A stretch of DNA of 64,000 nt from positions 32,001 through 96,000 of IMG/VR virus record IMGVR_UViG_3300024983_000001; one strand, 5' to 3'. Origin of the DNA: a virus. Below the pieces are notes generated by a model. It saw only the letters and a program-made list of their open reading frames with translations, had not been told where the DNA came from and did not search any database. Of this stretch, positions 44,291 through 54,301 are shown piece by piece. The translations under genes were made by a program, and so were the position numbers. Position 1 is the stretch's first letter, and every line of letters starts with the position of its first letter.

Positions 44291-44473
44291 TTATAAATAA
44301 ACATCAGACACAGATTCACTTATAACTTCATCATCTAACAGCACCTTTACGGTTGTTTCGATACGCTGTGTATCAAAATAAAGGTCTGCAGACCCGCGCA
44401 TCACGCTGTTAATCTCAATTTTCAGGTTGTTGCGAAGATATTCTATTACCTCGATAGCTTCAGAACTCAACAT
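44291..44473 (-). CDS. Hypothetical protein
   Basis: GAGG RBS; TTGCCT-17-TATAAT at 44506-44534. Confidence 0.65.
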   Translation of the reverse strand: MLSSEAIEVIEYLRNNLKIEINSVMRGSADLYFDTQRIETTVKVLLDDEVISESVSDVYL

Positions 44474-44535
44474 AACTAATTCCTCACATTTGATTTATGA
44501 AATCAATTATACCCACATTCACACTCATAGGCAAC

Positions 44536-44561
44536 AAAAAACCACCCGAAGGTGGTTTTTT
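44536..44561 (-). terminator. Terminator after NAMPT
   Basis: AAAAAACCACC-CGAA-GGTGGTTTTTT. Confidence 0.85.
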
Positions 44562-44575
44562 GATGGTTTAGTTAA

Positions 44576-45949
44576 TTACATAGTGCTGTTTGCTCGCACT
44601 TCATCGAACGTATATTCCCTAACAATTTTTCCATTAACGAATACAGTTTCAAGTGCATCAACCACTCCAGGTGTTTCAATGTCAGAAAAATACCCACCAT
44701 CTTCACTCTTATACAGAGTAACACGCCCCTTCTTCGACCGCTTGCCAACATCGGTAACAGGATCCTTATACACATCAACCCAGTTTCCATCAATGCACGC
44801 TGCAGACGTTTTCATCGCAAATTTCAAAGTGTCGCGGTTTACCTGTTGAAGCAGTGCTCCACCCATACCAAAAGCAACGTTGTCAGCACTATATCCAGCA
44901 AACTTCAATGTACGAAGAATCGATTTAATGCTACCCTCATTGATTCCATCGCCCTGAATAACACGTACTACCGGATTAAGAACTTTATATCCCTTCTCAT
45001 TCACTGTTGATCCAAATGCAGCATCAAGTGCTCGGACAACCTCACACACGACCGAAGCAGGATCACCACTATCGGGGCGAATAACAACAGTAGCACCACT
45101 ATCAAGCACTTCTTGTTTCAGTTCTTTACCCCACAGATTTGTGACGGCATTGAGAATGTCGTACGAATCACTAACAGCCGCAAACATCTTGCCTTTGCCA
45201 CCAAACTGTTTAATCATGTTGCGGTAAGCATCAACCTCGTTTTTACGACCCCACGACGTGTAGGAGCTGTGTTCACCAGCCGGAATCGAGTAACCAGGCA
45301 TACCAATTGCATTGTAATATTTCTGTGCAAAACGAATACCCGATACAGTGTCCGACCCCATAAAGTTGACCAAGTGGGCAGCGCCGCCAATACCAGCACT
45401 TTCAAAGGAACTAACGCCACGGGCGCCAAAATCATGCAGTTTGAACGACAGACCTGCAGGATCACCAGTCTCTTCTAATGCTGCACGAATCACTTGCTTG
45501 ATGCTCCAACTATTGGTAGCAACAGTCGTACCATACCATACAGCACGAAGAATTGCAGGCTCGATATACGACGTCAGCCAGAAACATTTGTCGTCAGTGT
45601 TTTCAACGGTAACAAGTACGTTTTTTGTACCGAGGACCATACCTTCAGGAACGGCACGGACAACAAGAGGTAGATAACCAGCGTATTTGTCCACAATATA
45701 CTGCCATCCGGCTCGGTTAAACGGTTCACCGTGAGCAGCGAAGAATTCATCAGCTTCTTCAATCATCTCTTGAGTGACGGGCTTTGTCAGATATTCCTTT
45801 AAGAAAATTTGAAGACCGAACATAACGGTTTTGTCATATTCGCCGCCTCGAGACTCAATGTAAGAGAACACTTTGGTGGTATTGGGTGGATATTGAAGAA
45901 AGTGTGATGCTTTGTATGAATCAGTATTAAGAATAATGTTTGTTTCCAT
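44576..45949 (-). CDS. nadV: Nicotinamide phosphoribosyltransferase (NAMPT)
   Basis: TDSYKASH..QYP, LHDFGARG, SIPAGEHS, VSDSYD, IRPDSG, QGDG, FGMGGALLQ..NRDT. Confidence 0.96.
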   Translation of the reverse strand: METNIILNTDSYKASHFLQYPPNTTKVFSYIESRGGEYDKTVMFGLQIFLKEYLTKPVTQEMIEEADEFFAAHGEPFNRAGWQYIVDKYAGYLPLVVRAVPEGMVLGTKNVLVTVENTDDKCFWLTSYIEPAILRAVWYGTTVATNSWSIKQVIRAALEETGDPAGLSFKLHDFGARGVSSFESAGIGGAAHLVNFMGSDTVSGIRFAQKYYNAIGMPGYSIPAGEHSSYTSWGRKNEVDAYRNMIKQFGGKGKMFAAVSDSYDILNAVTNLWGKELKQEVLDSGATVVIRPDSGDPASVVCEVVRALDAAFGSTVNEKGYKVLNPVVRVIQGDGINEGSIKSILRTLKFAGYSADNVAFGMGGALLQQVNRDTLKFAMKTSAACIDGNWVDVYKDPVTDVGKRSKKGRVTLYKSEDGGYFSDIETPGVVDALETVFVNGKIVREYTFDEVRANSTM

Positions 45950-45996
45950 GATAAAACTCCTTTATCAAAAATTATACAAACCGTCTATCAGTTTGT
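45950..45996 (-). promoter_or_regulatory. Two-hairpin leader motif, copy 1 (nadV)
   Basis: ACAAAC-tGATAGACg-GTTTGT then GATAAA-GGAGT-TTTATC-ATG. Confidence 0.7.
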
Positions 45997-46011
45997 TTGG
46001 TACTACAAAAA

Positions 46012-46257
46012 TTAACGAGAACGGTCCACCGGACTCGCTTGTTTAATTGTTGCTGTGATTCCACTGAACGTCGGATCGCCAGGGCCACGATCATACATAT
46101 CGTACGAACGCATTGTTGCGTTAAATTTGATGTCAATATCAGACAGGCTTACGTCGATATTATATTTGTCGCGAAGTAAATTGAAGACAGCTTCTTGGAC
46201 GAGCTTGTGTGCATCAGCCTCCGAGAAATCAAACGTCATCTTGGTATTAATATTCAT
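46012..46257 (-). CDS. Hypothetical protein
   Basis: AAGGAG RBS; TTGACT-16-TATAAT at 46317-46344. Confidence 0.7.
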   Translation of the reverse strand: MNINTKMTFDFSEADAHKLVQEAVFNLLRDKYNIDVSLSDIDIKFNATMRSYDMYDRGPGDPTFSGITATIKQASPVDRSR

Positions 46258-46304
46258 GTTAAGCTCCTTAACAAGTTATGAAGGTGAAGGGTCTGTCCCT
46301 TCAC
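46256..46304 (-). promoter_or_regulatory. Two-hairpin leader motif, copy 2
   Basis: GTGAAGGG-ACAGA-CCCTTCAC then TGTTAAG-GAG-CTTAACA-TG. Confidence 0.7.
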
Positions 46305-46352
46305 ATGTTATTTAATATTATAACTAATAAAATATATAAGTCAACACTTATT

Positions 46353-46511
46353 TTAAGCGTAAGTATCAATTCGACCTTTTGGTACTGGTTTCTTTTTCAC
46401 ATCAGGATCATTTTCCGTCTTAACAATTCGTTTAACTGGCTGAACCTTTGTTGTTGACGATTTGTCTAACAACTTTGTGATGGGTGAAACAAATATTTCT
46501 CTTAACAACAT
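46353..46511 (-). CDS. Small protein with MLLREIF tag
   Basis: AAGGA RBS. Confidence 0.55.
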   Translation of the reverse strand: MLLREIFVSPITKLLDKSSTTKVQPVKRIVKTENDPDVKKKPVPKGRIDTYA

Positions 46512-46555
46512 ATAATTCCTTTGTGATTGTGTATCTTTATATTTACACAAATAGA

Positions 46556-46909
46556 TCAAAGTTCACTTAACTGACGGTCAATATCAGCGATTTGTTCGAG
46601 CAAATCTCGTTTTTGCTTTTCAAGTTTGGTACGTTCCCAAACTTCATCAGGCTTCGAAATTTTAATCAGTTCAAAATCTCCGCCTGCCCCCCATTGCCAA
46701 AAACGTTCCATTTCTACGGCCATATCGATAATGTCGCCTAGACGACCTTCAAAATAGCCAAGTGATGGTTGATAGTGCGGTCCGTGAAGATCACAATTGG
46801 GATCTTCCCCCTTAACATGCCACAATCCATAGTCATCAAGATCATATTTTTGCAGCAACTGCCGATAATTCCACGAAACAATATATTTGTCTTTTGCTTT
46901 TGAGTCCAT
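46556..46909 (-). CDS. Conserved phage hypothetical protein
   Basis: G.W.V.GED.NCD..G.H..P.LG..EG; FW.WG.GG. Confidence 0.75.
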   Translation of the reverse strand: MDSKAKDKYIVSWNYRQLLQKYDLDDYGLWHVKGEDPNCDLHGPHYQPSLGYFEGRLGDIIDMAVEMERFWQWGAGGDFELIKISKPDEVWERTKLEKQKRDLLEQIADIDRQLSEL

Positions 46910-46958
46910 AAGGAAATCCTCCTAATGATTTGAATGATTAACGTCTATCGTTAATCAT
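46910..46958 (-). promoter_or_regulatory. Two-hairpin leader motif, copy 3
   Basis: ATGATTAACG-ATAGA-CGTTAATCAT then AGGA-GGATT-TCCT-T-ATG. Confidence 0.65.
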
Positions 46959-46983
46959 AATAATACACTAATACTTATTTATG

Positions 46984-47508
46984 TCAACTATTTTTGAAAC
47001 TTCCTATTAACATTTGTGTTTTAACAACACCTGGGGACACTTCCCTCGTGTAGTGGAATCCGTCTGGATCCAATTCCAATATTTTTTGGCCGAGGATTCG
47101 TTCTGCTTGAGTGTTAGGTATTGGTTTGCCACCTAAATTCAACATTACCTTTTCCAAATTGCCGCTAAACTCACCCCACGATTTGTTTCCTGTGATATCA
47201 TCCGAAAGAATGGCCTTCAACGCATTTTTTCCATCTCTCGTATCGTTATGAAAAACTAATCGAACTTTATGCCCACTACTATTACGATAGATTACTCCAG
47301 CAACGATTTTACCATCAATAAACGACGCCTTCCATACTCCAGGTGTATTGATTAAATTGTCTAAATTTGCACCACTTAATCCCATTCCCGAACCATATTT
47401 GTCGTATGTATTTTGCAATAACTGCCATACATAACTGGCATAACGCTTTCGTTGGGTAGGTGTTACAAGATTTACAAAGTTCTCACACAGAATTTCGTAT
47501 ATTTTCAT
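46984..47508 (-). CDS. Protein with MKIYEILCE tag, possible GNAT-like fold
   Basis: CATAAATA at 47541-47548; fold call is tentative. Confidence 0.6.
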   Translation of the reverse strand: MKIYEILCENFVNLVTPTQRKRYASYVWQLLQNTYDKYGSGMGLSGANLDNLINTPGVWKASFIDGKIVAGVIYRNSSGHKVRLVFHNDTRDGKNALKAILSDDITGNKSWGEFSGNLEKVMLNLGGKPIPNTQAERILGQKILELDPDGFHYTREVSPGVVKTQMLIGSFKNS

Positions 47509-47543
47509 GTGGCATTTACCTAATATTGATTTAATATCAATAT

Positions 47544-47750
47544 TTATGACATCATGTCTGTCAAATCTCGTCCGTTTAAATAAGTAATCAAAAAATCGTG
47601 AAGATTGTATGTGACACCATCATACCCAAGGATAATATCAGGTGGTATGACTGATTCAACGACCACCATACCAGTGTTTAACATCCAAAATGCAGGGTCT
47701 CTAGGTGCAAGTTTGATTATATCTCCCGCATTAATAATAACTTCATACAT
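47544..47750 (-). CDS. Hypothetical protein
   Basis: Overlaps the upstream stop. Confidence 0.55.
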   Translation of the reverse strand: MYEVIINAGDIIKLAPRDPAFWMLNTGMVVVESVIPPDIILGYDGVTYNLHDFLITYLNGRDLTDMMS

Positions 47751-48303
47751 TTTTATAAACTAAATCATTCATGATGTGATGTACAGTGTCCACATTTTTT
47801 CCGTATACATTATCAACTTCGAAGAAAGGTACGCCTGTATCAATCAATAATGCTCTCAAATCCTTATCAATTTGAATAGCCTCATTCTCATCTTGATTTC
47901 TACCAACCGTTTCATACGGAACCCCCCGTCGAATAAGAACGTTGATGTTGTTGTATGAATTGTATGTGTCCATTACATAATCAAAAAATGATGGGGGGAA
48001 ATCCTCTGGCATATACATAAACCCCAACAACAACGAAGTGTCAGCAACAATATAATCTACTTGACCCACCAAACGTCTAAACCTGTTATTTTGTTTACTG
48101 AAAATATAATCTTGTTCCGTCAACATATGATGACGACCTTCAAAGGTATAATCTTTTGCAACTTCGGGTACATACTCAACCTTCCCTTTTTGGGCTAGCG
48201 ACATATAGTAAGCGAGACCAAGTGCAGTAGTGGATTTACCAACGCCGGGTCCACCCAACATATTGATTATAGTAACGTCTTTGTTATTCGAATATGGTAA
48301 CAT
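47743..48303 (-). CDS. NadR/AAA_28-like P-loop kinase
   Basis: GGPGVGKSTTA, EYVPEVAK, Q..R, DTSLL, Y...GR.Q.E.EA..ID. Confidence 0.8.
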   Translation of the reverse strand: MLPYSNNKDVTIINMLGGPGVGKSTTALGLAYYMSLAQKGKVEYVPEVAKDYTFEGRHHMLTEQDYIFSKQNNRFRRLVGQVDYIVADTSLLLGFMYMPEDFPPSFFDYVMDTYNSYNNINVLIRRGVPYETVGRNQDENEAIQIDKDLRALLIDTGVPFFEVDNVYGKNVDTVHHIMNDLVYKNV

Positions 48304-48314
48304 TTCATCTTCCT

Positions 48315-48524
48315 TTATAAGTTGTGCATTTGCTTGTCGTAATAATATCGCGCAAAATCACAAATCTCCGCTGCTTGTTGTTTTGTACATATGATAACAC
48401 GTGTACACGGATCGGTAATTAGTTGTTGATCCATCAACCATTTAATCATTCCGGAATTAGGATCCGCACATATACCAATATGCACAGAGTCCAAATCGTT
48501 TAGTTCGGTGGGGATGTTGTTCAT
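48315..48524 (-). CDS. Hypothetical protein
   Basis: ATGA coupling. Confidence 0.55.
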   Translation of the reverse strand: MNNIPTELNDLDSVHIGICADPNSGMIKWLMDQQLITDPCTRVIICTKQQAAEICDFARYYYDKQMHNL

Positions 48525-48886
48525 GGCATCATTGGCGAAGGTACTTCACCTCTCGTAACGCACGGCAAGTTGGAAACATCGGGATTTACACTTGTAAACA
48601 CTTCTTCCCCGTCTTTGGCTGCAAACAATGCGGTATTGTTATCAAGACTGTATATGGTCCAGCCACCTGAAACCATTTGCCAACCAGTCAGTTTATCTTC
48701 GGGTCCAACATCAGGAAATTTAACCAACAAAACATATTTGTCTCCAGATGATGGATTGTGAATACCCCAGCATGCTTTTTCAGAGCGTGCGTAATAATCT
48801 AGTGCTGCTTTTGCATACACCAATCCCGTACTAAAAGAATCATCCTTTGATGCGCCCTGTGACGACGTATCTTCCTTTTTGCGCAA
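48521..48886 (-). CDS. Hypothetical protein (start uncertain)
   Basis: Fills the gap. Confidence 0.55.
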   Translation of the reverse strand: MRKKEDTSSQGASKDDSFSTGLVYAKAALDYYARSEKACWGIHNPSSGDKYVLLVKFPDVGPEDKLTGWQMVSGGWTIYSLDNNTALFAAKDGEEVFTSVNPDVSNLPCVTRGEVPSPMMP

Positions 48887-48950
48887 CCCAACAACATTAA
48901 CGTCATTAGTGCAGAAACTATCATATGTTTTTTCACAACAAACTCCTCAA

Positions 48951-49361
48951 TTAGTGATTAATAACATAACAGCGCGACAACAAAGCCATGATAACTTTGT
49001 TGTTATAATCTCCACAACGACCATTAACTAATTCGGTTGGGGTAACCCATTGAACGTTAATATCTCGTTCCATTTGAGAGGCTGCTTCCGATTCGACGGT
49101 ATGAACGTATCTAAATGTTGTTACGTGATAGCCTCCATCATCAACACCTTCATACAACTGAATCAATTGTCCACGTTGTGTAACCAATCCAGTTTCTTCC
49201 TGTAATTCTCGTATTGCTGCATCAATAGGTTTTTCGTTGTCTTCAAGTTTTCCACCGGGAAGACCAAAAACATTGTATTCACCCCTAACAGATGCGGCAA
49301 GAATCTTACCTTCTCTGTTAAAGACTACTACACATGCAGCATTACGAGTTTCACCATTCAT
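48951..49361 (-). CDS. Nudix hydrolase
   Basis: LPGGKLEDNE...AAIRELQEETGL. Confidence 0.92.
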   Translation of the reverse strand: MNGETRNAACVVVFNREGKILAASVRGEYNVFGLPGGKLEDNEKPIDAAIRELQEETGLVTQRGQLIQLYEGVDDGGYHVTTFRYVHTVESEAASQMERDINVQWVTPTELVNGRCGDYNNKVIMALLSRCYVINH

Positions 49362-50389
49362 TAAATTTGCCCAAGAAAATATTGAATTATGTGATAATGA
49401 TCCTCAAAACATTTCGATTCGTCAAGCTCATTTAATGGAATCCACTTTGCTTTTTCAGCATCATCATTACCTTTAACTTTTGGAAGGTCACCGGCCGGTA
49501 GCTCAATGAGGTACGCATGTGTGATTGTGCGCCCACGAAGAGACCTGTTGGGTGTATCAAACACATGAGATGTTTTGACACTACCACGGAGAACTGCCTC
49601 CGGTACTTTAATTTTAGTTTCCTCGCGAAGTTCACGAATTGCCGCGTCAAGCAGCCGTTCGTTTTGATTAACAAATCCACCCGGCAATGCACCAAGTCCA
49701 CGACCTGGGGCGGCTCGACGTTTAATCATCAGTACATGTCCGGACTGAACAACAACAGCATCAACAGTAACAAAAGTTGGAGCATACGGTGCCCTATCCC
49801 ATGAGTTTTTGTAGGCTTGAATATAAAAATATTCTTCCACGAGTACATAAAATCCTGGCGTTTTCATCCAATCAACGATATAGCTCTCGACAGCTTTTGA
49901 AACGGTTGGGTACACATGTTGTTTAACAGCAAACATTTCTTCGCGAATTTGTGTGGCATTTATACCTTGAAAATTAGGTACTTCAACAACACTCCATTGT
50001 GGAAACAGCTTTAGATAAAAGCTACTTTCGTCTTTACTGTGACCAATAATACCTATTTTGTGAGGGTTGGGTACGGCTATATAATCATCTTCTGCAATAA
50101 CACTATCAATAGTGTTTTGAATATCACGAACCCACTTTTGGTCATTGTATGGTTTATCTTTAGCCGCGACAACAACATAATTGGTATGTGAGGACCCCAT
50201 CGCAGCAAGAATCATTTGCTTGCGCTCGACAAAATTCCATGGGTTTTTAATGGTTCGTGGTTGGTTAGTAGAACCAACCACGACAATGACTTTTTCGGCC
50301 ATTTCACACGCCTGTTTGAGCACTGCTTCGTGACCATTGTGAAACGGTGAAAAACGACCGATATAAATTAGATAATTAAACTTTTTCAT
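49361..50389 (-). CDS. nadM: Bifunctional NMN adenylyltransferase / ADP-ribose pyrophosphatase (NadM-Nudix)
   Basis: IGRFSPFHNGH, KNPW...ER, GHSKDESSFYL, NATQIRE, FVTVDAVV, LPGGF..RELREET, RSLRGR.IT. Confidence 0.95.
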   Translation of the reverse strand: MKKFNYLIYIGRFSPFHNGHEAVLKQACEMAEKVIVVVGSTNQPRTIKNPWNFVERKQMILAAMGSSHTNYVVVAAKDKPYNDQKWVRDIQNTIDSVIAEDDYIAVPNPHKIGIIGHSKDESSFYLKLFPQWSVVEVPNFQGINATQIREEMFAVKQHVYPTVSKAVESYIVDWMKTPGFYVLVEEYFYIQAYKNSWDRAPYAPTFVTVDAVVVQSGHVLMIKRRAAPGRGLGALPGGFVNQNERLLDAAIRELREETKIKVPEAVLRGSVKTSHVFDTPNRSLRGRTITHAYLIELPAGDLPKVKGNDDAEKAKWIPLNELDESKCFEDHYHIIQYFLGQI

Positions 50390-50437
50390 AATAGAGCTCC
50401 TCTATCAAAATTGTAATACGAAGTCTATCTTCGTATT
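50390..50437 (-). promoter_or_regulatory. Two-hairpin leader motif, copy 4 (nadM)
   Basis: AATACGAAG-ATAGA-CTTCGTATT then ATAGAG-GAG-CTCTAT-T-ATG. Confidence 0.72.
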
Positions 50438-50493
50438 TTATTACTACAAATATTACATCATAATTATATTACACTAAACCATTAATGTCAACT

Positions 50494-50880
50494 TCAGTGT
50501 TCAAGCCACTGCCAGTCTGTTGTGTTATGAAAATTACCATCAAAACAATGTTTAACTTCGTGACCAAGCGTCATCATACTTTCGGGTGTGTCGTCAGAAT
50601 ATACATAACACACATTATCTTTCCACCCATAACACCCCAAGGCTCCTGGAATGGGAAAGATAAAACCAATAACTCTTGAACACACAACTGGAATATCATC
50701 CTCTTTAACACGAATCCACCGTATTATGACGGGTGCATTTTTATCCATTTGTTCTGGTGTTTGTTTACTACCTCTTATAATAAGGTACTTGGAATCAAAA
50801 GAGTCGCAGTCACCTTTACCTGCAAAGATGACTGCGACTATGATGAATACTGTTAGTAATGTTACTTTTACATAATCCAT
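50494..50880 (-). CDS. Exported zincin-like protein
   Basis: N-terminal TM; LGHEVKHCF (HExxH). Confidence 0.65.
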   Translation of the reverse strand: MDYVKVTLLTVFIIVAVIFAGKGDCDSFDSKYLIIRGSKQTPEQMDKNAPVIIRWIRVKEDDIPVVCSRVIGFIFPIPGALGCYGWKDNVCYVYSDDTPESMMTLGHEVKHCFDGNFHNTTDWQWLEH

Positions 50881-50933
50881 GTTGTTCTCCCCACCCCAAA
50901 TACGTATTTAGGGTAAGGGAGAATGATTATGGA

Positions 50934-51494
50934 TTATCGTAGTTTTACAGGACTCGACTCTTTACCAGTTTTGAATGCGTTGTCGGCATAATCGTTGGTA
51001 ATAGCCTTGTACTTTTCGAGGTCGATACGGGGATATCCAGCAAAACGCATCCACATACCCTTCCACACATAACCAAGATTGGTGCTATATGCACGTTTGG
51101 CATCAATCAAGCGAGTTTGAGACATTTTAAATTCATCACGACCAGCTTCAACAATTTGTTGAATTTTGCGATAAAGTTGCGCATCAACAGTAGGGTTCTG
51201 TTCTTTCAGCCACTGAAACGTTGCCTTGCTGCCATCAGCACCATAACGACCACTCAATGCTGCTGTGACCACTTCCTTCAAGTCATCTTTCATCATAGTG
51301 GGGACTTGGGCTGCTTCTTGCACCTTTTGGGTGTATTGAGCAAGGATGTTCTGGTTGTTTTCCCAAATTGCCTTGATCTCATTTTCTGCGGTGTTACCGT
51401 AATTGGCACTGCTAATATATGACGCAACTGCTATAAATATAATTGAGACGATTACACCAACAATCGACATAGTTGTTACGGTTTTTGAATTCAT
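50934..51494 (-). CDS. LemA-like membrane-anchored protein
   Basis: TM; E.AQVP, GRYG..GS, W.KE.NP, IQQ..EAGR..F; TTGACT-17-TATAGT at 51532-51560. Confidence 0.7.
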   Translation of the reverse strand: MNSKTVTTMSIVGVIVSIIFIAVASYISSANYGNTAENEIKAIWENNQNILAQYTQKVQEAAQVPTMMKDDLKEVVTAALSGRYGADGSKATFQWLKEQNPTVDAQLYRKIQQIVEAGRDEFKMSQTRLIDAKRAYSTNLGYVWKGMWMRFAGYPRIDLEKYKAITNDYADNAFKTGKESSPVKLR

Positions 51495-51565
51495 TATAAA
51501 TCTCCAAGAGGTTGAAATTAACTACACAATAACTATACAATAACAAAAACAAAGAGTCAACAATC

Positions 51566-52330
51566 GTGCCAAGAAAAAATACAATAAACGATATTCAAAG
51601 TAAGTTAGACACTAAATGGGGTAAGAACAATTATGTGTGTCGCACATACACAAATCTCGATGTTGAGGCATTGTTTTATTGTACGTTACACAATGAAGAA
51701 TTTTTATGTATCCCAAAAAATGCTTTTTGGGGTAAAAACATTTCTCCTGGTTGTAACAAATGTAATCTAAAGAACAAACGACAATCACACGCATTTACAA
51801 CACAGGAGTTTATCTTTCAGGCCAATAAGGTACATTCAAACAAGTACAATTATTCCGACGTTGTTTATATAAATGCGCACACAAAAGTAAAGATTGGTTG
51901 TGAGAAACATGGTCCCTTTTTCCAATTACCAAATAACCACACGTCACACAAGCAAGGATGTCCGGTTTGTAAGTGTTCTAAAGGAGAGACAATCATTGAA
52001 AGTTGGTTGTCGTTGAATAATATTCCATATATCCGTCAAAAAACTTTTAATGGATGTGTCAATAAACGACAATTAAAATTTGATTTCTATATACCATCTC
52101 ACAATCTCTGTATTGAGTTTGATGGTGAGCAACATAGTTTAGTTGGCAAATTCACCAAACACAAAGACAAAGCCCAACAACTATTTGATTATATACAAAG
52201 TAATGATCGCACCAAAAATGATTACTGTAATCAAAATAATATTGGAATGTTACGAATTCCATATACAGAAATTCGTAACATATTCAAAATTCTTGACGAT
52301 CACTTCAATATCTTCCGTAACGACCTCTGA
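51566..52330 (+). mobile_element. Free-standing homing endonuclease (Zn repeats plus Vsr/PD-(D/E)xK-like nuclease)
   Basis: C..H repeats, Y.YS.V.Y....KV.I.C..HG.F, SKGE, FDFYIP, IEFDGEQH, D..KN; antisense insertion. Confidence 0.85.
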
Positions 52331-53411
52331 AACGACTACGTTGTGAAATGATGCTGTTACTCGTTAAATCAACATCATAAAACTTAAAGAATACCGATAA
52401 ACCAATACTACCAAAAATAGCAATTGCAATAGCAATGTAGAGTACCCAATCAGGTGGCATAATCTCTTCATCAAGATACTTGAAATCCCGCATATGTTTC
52501 CGCGCAAAAGATTTGGCTACATTACTACCAATAACACTCAATACTTGTTGTTCATTAACTGTTTTCAAGTCCAATAACGCATCACGAAGTTGTACTTTAA
52601 ACAGCTGATTGTCTGTCCAACTAACAACACGAGCCCACTCGATGTTGGGATAATTCGGGGTACCAAGAATTACAACAACATCATTCTTTTTAGCACCTTG
52701 CCATTTACCTTGTAAAGCATACTCGTAGGTTGGGTCATTAACGTTAGTGATTACCACAATAACATTCACTTGTTTTGCCGGACCAAGTTCACGTAACATC
52801 AACGCAAGATCATAATTCCAACGCTTGAGGTCAGGAACATTTACACCAACAGGTAATACACGGTCGAGGTATTGGTAATCATACACTCCAGTTGGATAAG
52901 GAGGAACAGATGATCCCCACTTACTCAACGCCTGTTGGTTGTGATTAAACAGACTTTCAGGAACAGCCTTCACATAGTTAGTAAAGGAGTGTTCGAGAGC
53001 TACTGGCTGGCCAGGCTTAACCGCAGTCCAACGAGGAGGTTCATCAGAACCACGGCGGTCAATACGATTAATGGTAAAATCACCAGCTGTGCTATGTACG
53101 TCCCAATCCCAATCATTGGTGTGTTCGTAACAAATATCACAACTCGTTCCGTTTTTTGTTGAGCGACAGTGACAGGAATAGGAATGTGAGCAAGGAACGC
53201 TGTTTTGTTCTTTACTTGTAACTTGACCATTCCATATTTCCGTATCAGCTGTTTGCGAATTCTTTCCAAGAAACCAAATTGCTGACACAATAATAACAAT
53301 AAGAAACACGTTGAGGAACATTTCCTGCCACGTGACATCAGAGTTCCACAAACGTTTAGCAATCCACGGCCAGATAAGAGGGAAAGCAAGAAGAATTAAA
53401 AAGTTTTCCAT
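52305..53411 (-). CDS. Three-TM membrane protein, likely partner of the LemA-like gene
   Basis: D.EIWNG.VT.K, C.HSY.C.C, NYVKA, W.G.KKND, F.R..M.DF.YL. Confidence 0.75.
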   Translation of the reverse strand: MENFLILLAFPLIWPWIAKRLWNSDVTWQEMFLNVFLIVIIVSAIWFLGKNSQTADTEIWNGQVTSKEQNSVPCSHSYSCHCRSTKNGTSCDICYEHTNDWDWDVHSTAGDFTINRIDRRGSDEPPRWTAVKPGQPVALEHSFTNYVKAVPESLFNHNQQALSKWGSSVPPYPTGVYDYQYLDRVLPVGVNVPDLKRWNYDLALMLRELGPAKQVNVIVVITNVNDPTYEYALQGKWQGAKKNDVVVILGTPNYPNIEWARVVSWTDNQLFKVQLRDALLDLKTVNEQQVLSVIGSNVAKSFARKHMRDFKYLDEEIMPPDWVLYIAIAIAIFGSIGLSVFFKFYDVDLTSNSIISQRSRFRGRYGRY

Positions 53412-53584
53412 AAGGGGACCTTTAAGTTTAATGAATTCACATTCTACATTATTCTTAATAAAGGTCAACAAATTTGTGTGTTGACATATTTGCAGTTTTG
53501 GTGTAATTATATCAAATATTGTCAATCTCGAAACATTTAAAATGTTCCCATAAATACATACAAAAATTGAGAGGAACATGTAAA

Positions 53585-54301
53585 ATGACGAAACCAATTA
53601 TTGTGGGTGAACGAAGAAACAATCTTGAATTTGTTCACAAATTCAAAGATGGTTCTTACACAAAATATAAATGTTTGTGTTTGGATTGTGGTAGAGATAC
53701 AATAATACATGCTAATAATTTTGGTAAAAACAAAAATTGTGGTTGTACGAAAAAAAACCGTAGCAGAAAGGTGGGTGATGTTAAGAACGGACTTACTATT
53801 ATAGAAAAGTTGTATAAAGGGAACGTTGTTACCAAACTAAAGTGTTATTGTTCACATTGTGGTAACAACGCGGCAATTATTCCATATACTATGTTTGGAA
53901 GACAACAGAGTTGTGGTTGTTTTGATGTAAGAACACATAAAAATCATCCAAACTTTAAAGGATATGAAGGTATCTATAGTGAAATGTGGAAACAGTTACA
54001 TTCCAATGCAACGAAACGAAATTTGGAATTTACCATAACGATCGAATATGCGTGGCAGTTGTTTATAATGCAAAACAAAAAATGTGCATTGAGTGGGATA
54101 GAAATACAAATGTGGCCTGGTTCACATTATTTAGAACGTAGTAAGGGTACCGCCAGCCTGGATAGAATAGATAATAAATTAGGATATGTTGTTGGCAATG
54201 TTCAGTGGGTACACAAAGATGTAAATAGGATGAAATCGGACTTCTTGCAAAGTGAGTTCATAACATGGTGTATAAGGATAGCAAAAAATGAGAATAATTG
54301 A
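53585..54301 (+). mobile_element. HNH-type homing endonuclease
   Basis: C.C..CG repeats, KCALSG, SLDRID...GY..GNVQWV...N.MK; CATAAATA at 53549-53556. Confidence 0.85.
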
